Source: Piromyces finnis finn
Lineage: Eukaryota; Fungi; Neocallimastigomycota
Length of the DNA stretch: 64,000 nt
NCBI GenBank assembly: GCA_002104945.1
Contig: MCFH01000007.1
Span: 1,054,001 to 1,118,000 of the forward strand
Direction: 5' to 3'
Below, piece by piece: positions 55,134 through 64,000 of the stretch (the stretch's first letter is position 1; every line of letters starts with the position of its first letter). The translations under genes and the position numbers were made by a program. A model generated the notes under the pieces. The model did no database searches, was not told the origin of the DNA, and saw nothing but the letters and a program-made list of their open reading frames with translations.

Positions 55134-57512
55134 TCAATAGTTGAATTTATTATTAAGATCTATTTTAGTAGCAACTTTGGTCAATCTATCAAAAATAGGT
55201 ACAAAATTTATAGGGCCAATATCAGGATATTCATTGGCATTTGATATATTTCTTTTTTTTAATTTACTGGTATATTCTTCATTTAAATATTGTAATTCAT
55301 TATAATTTCTTTTTGAATTATTATTTATTAATATGCCGTTAAAACTAGATGAAGTAGTATCATCATTAGTATTAATATTATTATTTACTTCTTTTTTACT
55401 TTTTTGACCAATAGAGTCAATGTTAATAATATTGCTTTGTTTAATACTATTATCTATTTCTTCAATATCATTTGAATCTAAATCGTAAACAACTTTTGAA
55501 GTGCTTTGTTGGATTTTATTAGCATTTATGATTTGAAAATTTCCATATTCATCAATTTCAACTTTATCGATATCTTCAGGCACTTTTTTTAACAATGTAT
55601 CGAACCATTTATCAAACTTAAGATCAGCTATTGTTGTATGTTTTGAACATATAGGACATTCCCATTTTCCATGCTTATAATTTATATACAAATATGAATT
55701 CAATTCAAATGTTTGGACATGTTGACAATCATTTCCTCTTACTGGGTTTTTAATTCTACTAAAAGAAATTGGGCATTTTAATGATATGGTTAGTGTTGAA
55801 TCAATAATTATTAAATCATCATCATCATCATTATTACTTCCAACTGTTTGCTTTTTAACTGTTTATACAATTTATAATTATTAAATAAAAAATATTTAAT
55901 TAGTTGATAATAATTTCAAAAATAATAAATAATTAAATATTAAATTTTATAATTATATCAGTATTTAACACTCAATTACTAATTTCTAATGTCTTTTCTT
56001 CTGGAAATATATCATTTTTAATATTCTTTTTACACTCTTCTTCGCTTTCAAGTACATTAAAATCTATTTGGAATTTTGTATTAACAATTTGCTCTTTAGT
56101 ACTTCCTTCTATTTTATCAGTTTCTATTTCAATTAAATTACTTTCCGGATGAACATATTTAGTAATATCAAAAGGTAAGTTGATTCCTTCAGTTTGAACT
56201 AAATGACCATCATTTCCGTAAATAGGTTTCTTTCTTGTTATATTAAGTATTTCGCCTTATAAAATACAAAATTAGTTTTACTTTTTTATCTCATCTTCAT
56301 TGCATAATTACTTATATTAAAAATATTTAAGATATATACCATTACACTTTATAGTTTTTATACAAAAAGGCCATTCCATTTTTTTTTTGTCATATTCATT
56401 AATGACAAAGCATGTTAATATAACAGAACTTATTTTATACTCTGAAATATGACAATGAAAGTCATCAAAAACTTCAAATGTATTTGTATAAACTTCATGT
56501 GCATTTTTTAATTTTATATCCCATGGTTTCATCAAAGGGAAAACAGGTTTCAAAAATTTTCTTGAAGAATCTTCTTTATCAATTTTATAGTTACTTGATA
56601 ATGCATTATTAGACTTTGTTTTATTGTTCTTATTAATTATATTTTGTGGTTGAGCTATTTTTTGGGATAATTTAAGTTGCTGTTGTTGTTGTAATTTTTG
56701 TAACTGTTGTTGTAAATTTATCTGTTGTTGATGTTGCAAATTTATTTGTTGGTGTGATATATTTGAAATTTGTTGAAATTGTTGTAATGTTTGCTTTGGC
56801 TGATGTTGTAAATGTAAATTCAAATTTTGTTGTAATTGTTGTTGTTGGCTTTGATTTTGTTCATTAGATGATTGAAGATTATGTAAAGGATTACTAAATT
56901 GTTGTAATTGATTAAATTGTTGAATTTGAGCCTGTTGTAATTGTTGATGTAATTGAATTTGTTGATTATTAAATTGTGAGTTATGAAATTGTTCAGGAGT
57001 AGAAGGAAGTCTTGTTTTATGATATATTTGTTGTGATTGCTTATAAAGTGCTATTGGTGAAAACTGTGAATTTAATAATATAGCTTGTCCATTAGGATTC
57101 TTAGTTAATGATTGGATTTGTGGATTATTCTGAAAATATATATTATATCTATTTAAATTTGCTTGTTGTTGATTTATAGGAAAATTATTTATTTGAGAAG
57201 TCATTAATGGAATTTGTTGCTAAATAAATAATAATAATAATAATAATATATATATATATGAAAATAAAAGAAAACAAAGATTTACATTAAAATATTTTCC
57301 CTGAATTTATAAATTATTAAAAATTATTAAATATTGAATTTTATTTATTATTTAATAATTTTGTTTAATAACTGTATTGTTTCTAGAAGTAAACAAATAA
57401 TGATGTATTATCATACATTTGCTATTTGATTATAATTAAGATTATATTGATGGTGTTGTGAAGGACTCATACCTTCTTCATTTCCATTGGGTATATATTG
57501 ATTATTGTTCAT
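55134..57512 (-). CDS. SP-RING/MIZ zinc-finger protein (PIAS/Siz/ZMIZ-like SUMO E3 family) with Gln-rich N-terminus; start uncertain
   Basis: SLKCPISFSRIKNPVRGNDCQHVQTFELNSYL..WECPICSK; Gln-rich ORF 56317-57204; possible first exon from the ATG at 57512, whose splice phase I could not resolve. Confidence 0.85.
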
Positions 57513-57797
57513 TTTTAATATTATAATTATAATAATTATTATAATTACTACTGGTATATGAAATGAATATAACAAAATATAATAAAATAAATGAATAAAT
57601 GTATAAATATAAATGAAATTAATATAAATTTGAAAATAAAACTTTATATGAAATATTATTTATATTTTAAAAAATAAAAAATAGTTCAAATTTCCCAATT
57701 ATCCAATCACATATATAGATTTATATTAACTATTTTTATTAATTATTTTTCATAATTATTTTTTTTTAAAAAAAAGATATTTTTGAACTTTAAAAAA

Positions 57798-60664
57798 ATG
57801 GAGGAGATACCATTAAAAAATACGCTTCCATATGAGGATAATTGGGAGGATCAATTTGCTGATGCAATAGAAGATCCAGAAGAAGAATTAAAAGAACTTG
57901 AAAATCATTTAAATGAAGCAATTACATTTGATGAAGATGTGCATGAAGATGATTATTATGACGATTATGATAGTGAAGAAGATTATTTTAATGAGATAAA
58001 CTATGATGAATTATTTGGGGATGCAACCTCAGGTATATATATTCTTACATGATATAATATATATTTGTGTAAATTTTTATATTATAAAAAACTATTTTTT
58101 TAATATTTCGATAATTTTCAATAATTAAATTTTTAAACAGATTTTACCAAACAATATAATAAAATTAAAAAGATTAATAGTATTAATGCTAATCCAAATC
58201 TTAATAATTCAAAATCATATGAGGAAAATAAAGATAAAGAAAAGGAAGATAGTTACACTGAAAAAGATGAAAAGGATGAGAATAATATAAATGAACATAA
58301 AACCAAAAAGAATAATAAAAAGAGTAATGAGAATGAAGATAATAAAAATAAAAAAAAAGAGGTTTTTATTTTATAAAAATAATTTACTTTACTTTCTATT
58401 ATTTAATACATATATATTCAAATTATAAAAAATTTATCTATATGAATATTTTTATACAAAGATTATAGAAAAAAATAAACAGCTTGAAAATGAATTAAGT
58501 GAAAAGTATTCAAATAGAATTCATATAGGTAATATTTTTGTATTAACTGTTAAATATATTTAAATTTATAATTTAATGTATACTAATTAAGCTTTAATTT
58601 TTGTAGTACAAAATTTGAATTCCTCGGTTAAAACCGATATTAAAATGGGAAGTAGAAAAGCAGAAGGAGAAAAGTAAATATAATAACAATAGTAACGCAA
58701 AGAATAATAATTAAATAGCATATTATTAATAATTAATAAAAATAATATAAGACAAAAGCATACAGATAAATCCGACAGAGCAACAGTTGAACAAGTGCTT
58801 GATCCTCGTACAAGAATCATATTATTTAAAATGCTTAATAAAAATTCTATTTATGAAGTCAATGGGTGTATTAGTACCGGAAAAGAAGTATTTATTATTT
58901 TATTTAAATATATACATATAATAAAAATTAGAAATTAATAAAATAAATAATCTACATAATTTTTAAATAAAATCAATATTAACCAATATGGCATGTTTAA
59001 AGGCAAATGTATACCATGCTATAACAGAAAATGGAGAACATAGAGCAATTAAAATTTATAAAACATCAATTTTGGTTTTTAAAGATAGAGATCGTTATGT
59101 ATCAGGTGAATATCGTTTCAGAAATGGTTATAGTAAACATAATCCAAGAAAAATGGTTAAAGTATGGGCTGAAAAAGAAATGCGTAATCTTAAAAGATTG
59201 TGGAATGCTGGTATACCTTGTCCTGAACCACTTATGTTAAGAATGCATGTTTTATTAATGACATTTATCGGAGATAAGAATGGATGGTAAAGTATATTAA
59301 TTATAACATAATATTATTAATGATAAGAATTTATGGTTTAATAATTTAATAATGTTATTATTAATTATGTAATTAGGGCTTCACCAAGATTAAAAGATGC
59401 ACCTATAAATGACCCTGAAAAATATATGAATCTATATCTTCAATTAGTAAAAATGGTTTGGAAAATGTATAATCAATGTCACCTTGTGCATGCAGATCTC
59501 AGTGAATATAATTTATTGTAATATTTTATATTATTATACATAAAATACTTTCTATTTAAAATAATTAAAATAATGTTTAATTTTTATATTTTAAATATAC
59601 ATATATTAGATATCATAAGAAAAAGCTTTATATTATTGATGTATCCCAATCTGTGGAGCATGATCACCCACACTCATCAGAATTTTTACGTAAAGATTGT
59701 TCAAACGTAATAGAATATTTCAGAAAAAAGGTATTACATCCAATTATGACTATTCGTGAAATGTTTGAATTTGTTGTTAAAGATTCAAAAACTATAAGAG
59801 AATCAATGAGCCAGGAAGATGTAAAAGATTTAGAAAATGAAGATGACTTAATAGATTTTTATCTAGTTAAAGTAAATTATTCGATATTATTTATTATTAA
59901 ATAGTTATATAATAATAAGTTTATAAATATTAATATAAAACAATATTAATTTTTCTATATAATATAAATTAAAAAAAGTTCCATGAATCTATTAAAGATA
60001 GACCGGATAATTATAATGAAATCCATAAAGTAGATGAAGAAGTATTTAAAAAATCATATATTCCAAGAAATCTTGATGAAGTTATAGATATTCAAAGAGA
60101 TGTTGATATGGTTGAAAGTGGAAAATTAAATGATGTAAATTAATATAGCAATATATTCTTTATTTAAAGAAAATAATTACAAAAACTTAAATTAATACTT
60201 CAATTTTATATATAAAGTTAATTTATAGTAATATTGTCGGGATTGCTACTCCTAAAAATATAGTTAAAGTAATAGAAGGAGAAGAAAATAATGAAGATAA
60301 AGAAAGTAAGAGTAATGAAGAAAAGTCTGAATCAGAAAATAATAATGAAGAAAGCGATGAAAATGATAGCGATGAGGATGATAATGAAGATCAAGAAGAT
60401 AGTGAGGATGGAAAACCTATTAAAACATCAAAATTAAAGAAATATGAAGATAAAGAAGCAAAAAAAGTAATATTTAATATAAATAACAAGTTTTGAAAAT
60501 TTGTTAATCTTTTTTAATTCTATTTTATTTTATAGGAAAGAAAAAAACAAATGAAAGAAGAAAAAAGAGAAAAAAGAAAAAATAAAATTCCAAAAAGCGT
60601 TAAAAAAAGAAAGCAAAAGATTTCTACAGAAAAAGGAAAATCAAAAGGAAAAAAGAAGCTTTAA
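57798..60664 (+). CDS. RIO1: Serine/threonine kinase RIO1 (40S maturation), multi-exon
   Basis: [22 protein letters not shown]; NGCISTGKE|ANVYHA; [26 protein letters not shown]; [10 protein letters not shown]; [13 protein letters not shown]; Lys-rich tail. Confidence 0.97.
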
Positions 60665-61436
60665 ATATTACCTATCATTAATAATATTAATAATGTAAAT
60701 TTCTATACATTCATATCTTCAATATAATATTTTCTTAAATTGATTAATCTTATAATAAATTTAGCTATTATGATAAAAAATATACATATTTTTTTTTTTT
60801 TTTAATTTTATAACTTATTTATTTATTTAAATAAAATATAATAAAAGAGTTTTTTAGAACCAATAAGTAAAATATAAATAAATTTTTTAATTATAAATAT
60901 AATTTGTGGTTGTTGCAGAATTTTAAAAATTAGGTGAAGAATAATTTATTTATTTTGAAAATTATATTTTATTTATTTATTTATTTTTTTTTTTTTTTTT
61001 TTTTTTTTTTGGAAAAATAAATATTACTTTTAGTGAGTATTACATTTTTTTAGAATTAATTTAATACTACTACTACTACTACTACTACTACTATTAATAA
61101 TAATAATTCGTCAGAATTTATTGGTATTAAATCAAATGTTTAAAAATAAATAAAAGATAAGAAAAGCATGATAAGAATAAAAATAAAATACTATTGGAAA
61201 AGCTCAAAAATAGACAAACAATTTAATCTTTTTAACATAGTGAAATAAAATATATTATATGGGGGAAAAACAAATTTATAAGTAATATTTTTTAGATTCT
61301 CAACAACCTTTTTATTTTTAAGTATTATTATTATAGTATTTATGATATTAGTATTAGGCATATTGTATTATATTAAAGAAAGTTATAAGCAATTTGAAGC
61401 ATTAGATGCACTAAAATTTAATTAATTTTTATTATC

Positions 61437-61494
61437 TATTTTATATATTTTATATATTTTATATATTTTATATATTTTATATATTTTATATATT
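61437..61494. repeat. 9-bp tandem repeat (TATTTTATA) x6, intergenic
   Basis: Directly visible. Confidence 0.85.
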
Positions 61495-62856
61495 GTTAAT
61501 AAATAAAATTATAATTATATATATATAGAAAAGGCAAAGACAAATAAAATATTAAAAGAAATTATCATCTTTTTCTTTAATATATTTATGTATATAATAA
61601 TGATATTAATATATCTTTTGTTTAATTTAATTACAAATTTATTATAAAATTATAAAATATAATATGTCCATGTGATTCCTGTGATAATCAATATAATTAA
61701 TGCTTGATTACTATATTTATGATATATAATTTAAAAAGTAATTTAAAAGAAATTTTTTCTTCAAATTTAACAATTAATAAAATATAGTTTTTTTTTTTTT
61801 TACATTAGAACAGATTTTACTACGATAATAATCATAGTTAAAATAAAATTTATTATTTATAACATTCATATATAAAATAAAAATATTTATTAATATTCAA
61901 AAAGTTTATGTTGAAAAAATATATATAATTTAAATAAAGAAAAAAGATATTTAAAAAGGAGGTAAAAATCAGAACTTCAATTTCTTAATTATATTCATAA
62001 GAAATTAAATTTAAAATAATATAATTATAATTCATTAAATTATTAACAAAAAAAGTTGAAAATTATGTTTAAATAAACAAAGAAGAAATAAAAATAAATC
62101 AATAATTATAGCTATTAATTAACATATGTATTTATGAAAGAAGAAGAAAAAATGTAACCATAAAGAGATAAAAATAATTATTATGATGAAAACATTTTTT
62201 CAAAATAATTAAAAAAAAGTGCATTACTGATATTTATACAAAATAAAATATAATCTATACATTCTATATATTATTTACAGTTTTTTTTTTTTCATTTAGA
62301 TTCATTAAATATTTCTTTTTTTTATATATATTAAAATATTTGATATATGAAGTTTTTTTTATCTTAATGAAAATAATAAAAAAAAAATTTTTTTTTTTAC
62401 TATAAAAATTTTTATATGCAAAAATTTTCTTTATAAATAAATATCTATTTTAAATTAAAGATTAAATTAATGAATAATAATAACATTGATAATAAATTAA
62501 AAAAATAATAATAAAAGTAATAAAAGTAAAATAAATAAATTAAAAGAAAGAAAGAAAGAAAAATAAAAAAAAAAAAGATAAAAAATAAAATAAATAACCA
62601 TGATTTTTTTTTTATCTAAATGTATATAATACATAAATAGATAAATAGTAATATATATATTAATAAAAAAAAATAAAATTTATTGATATTAAATGAATTC
62701 ATTGAAAATTTTATAATTGTTTTTTCAATAATGTCATTATTAAAAAGAATTGATTTATTCTTTATTTTAATAATAATCTATACTTTAATATACATTTTAT
62801 TATGTTCTATTCAAATAAATAAAAAAGAAGACATAAATACGAACAATAATATTAAT

Positions 62857-64000
62857 ATGGCTGCGAATCGTCAACAATTTGAATATATCGTAAATAAATA
62901 TATTTATATTTGTGTTTATAATAATAATAGTAATAATAATAATAAGCAGTAATTAAAAAATAATACCTTTTTTTTGGATTATTAATAAAAAAGTATAAAA
63001 TTCAAACACAAGAACAATGGGAAGAAGAACTCAAAAAACCAACTATTGAAGGTAAAAAAAAAAAATAATAATAATAATAAAATAAAATAAAATAAAATAA
63101 GAAAAAAAACACTATAAATATTCACAATTAATATATATTAATTAATTCTAATTAAATAAATTTTTATTTTACAAATAATAATTTTTTTAACATCAGTGTT
63201 TGACGTTGTATGTTGGAAAATCATAAAATTATAGTATTTTATTATTTAAAGTATATATATATATATTGATTTTTATTAAATTTAATTAAAATTCTAGTAT
63301 TCTGGATGGGCTGGACCATGTAATGCAATTACTTCCACTTTTAAGAAATTAAAATTAGAACTAAATGATGATGTTACTTTTGCTCAAGTTAATATAATGT
63401 ATTTATTTTAATAATAAATAAAGTTTAATAATAATTAATTTTTTATTATTTTGATTTATATAAAGGTTAAAGCTGATGATATCGAGGATTTAAAAGATTA
63501 TCGTGATAATTCCTGTCCTTATTTTTTATTTTATAATGTAATTGATATAAATACAATGATAATATGACACTTTATATTAACTATGTTAATTAAAATAGAC
63601 ACAATTATTAATTTATATACAAACCACAAAAGCATGGTGTATTTGTTGATTTAGTTATAGGTGTTAATGCATCTTTAATTGAAAAAAAGATAAAACAACA
63701 AATAGAGAATGAAAAAAATAATGTTACCAGAGTGGTGGTATTACATAGCTTATTTATTATAATTGATTATAATAATAAATATAAATATATATTTGAATCG
63801 ATAAAGCAATACTATATTAAAAATATTATTTATTATTTCAAAAAAAAAAGTTTGTTCCTGAAAAGAAAGCTAAGCCAAAAACACCACTCAAGTCAAAGAA
63901 GGAAAAGAAAATCGAAAAAGAATATGTTATTGCTATATTAAAATCTGAAGTTTTAAGAAATGATATTATTGAAAAGATTATAGAAATATTTATGAAAAAT
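62857..64000 (+). CDS. Thioredoxin-NDK protein (NME8/NME9, TXNDC3/6-like, outer-dynein-arm associated); continues beyond window
   Basis: Spliced IQTQEQWEEELKK..VFDV|YSGWAGPCNAITSTFKKL..|VKADDIEDLKDYRDNSCPYFLFY..VIGVNASLIEKKI, then the NDK-like start EKEYVIAILKSEVLRNDIIEKIIEIF. Confidence 0.82.

Overview
Extremely AT-rich, intron-rich eukaryotic DNA with short GT-AG introns, fungal-type housekeeping genes and flagellar genes. This most plausibly points to an anaerobic gut fungus (Neocallimastigomycota; inference). About 15 host genes can be read: RAD50 (runs off the 5' edge), RPP0, a SPAG1-like TPR protein, POLE2/DPB2, a Myb/SANT-like coiled-coil protein, an orphan coiled-coil protein, WDR35/IFT121, RAD21/SCC1, an ITFG1-like protein, an Hv1-like voltage-gated proton channel, VPS37 with a UEV-like domain, an intronless orphan ORF, GMPPA-like, a beta-helix/EGF/7TM class-C-like receptor, an SP-RING (MIZ) protein, RIO1, and a thioredoxin-NDK (NME8/9-like) gene running off the 3' edge. 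The main accessory region (5.3-9.0 kb) is a nest of non-LTR retrotransposons. It holds a young 5'-truncated LINE with an intact ORF, a 35-nt poly(A) and a perfect 13-bp target-site duplication, a second 3'UTR-only copy, and an older degenerate relative that both interrupt. The strongest second-look items are: (i) an RNA stem-loop centred on the LINE stop codon, at whose apex the second copy is truncated; (ii) an Hv1-like channel apparently lacking the conserved S2 acidic residue; (iii) the Pmp-like beta-helix-EGF-7TM receptor; (iv) a WAGPC thioredoxin site; and (v) a recurrent upstream motif, CGGAGTT. Exon boundaries were read by eye and are approximate; no searches were run.
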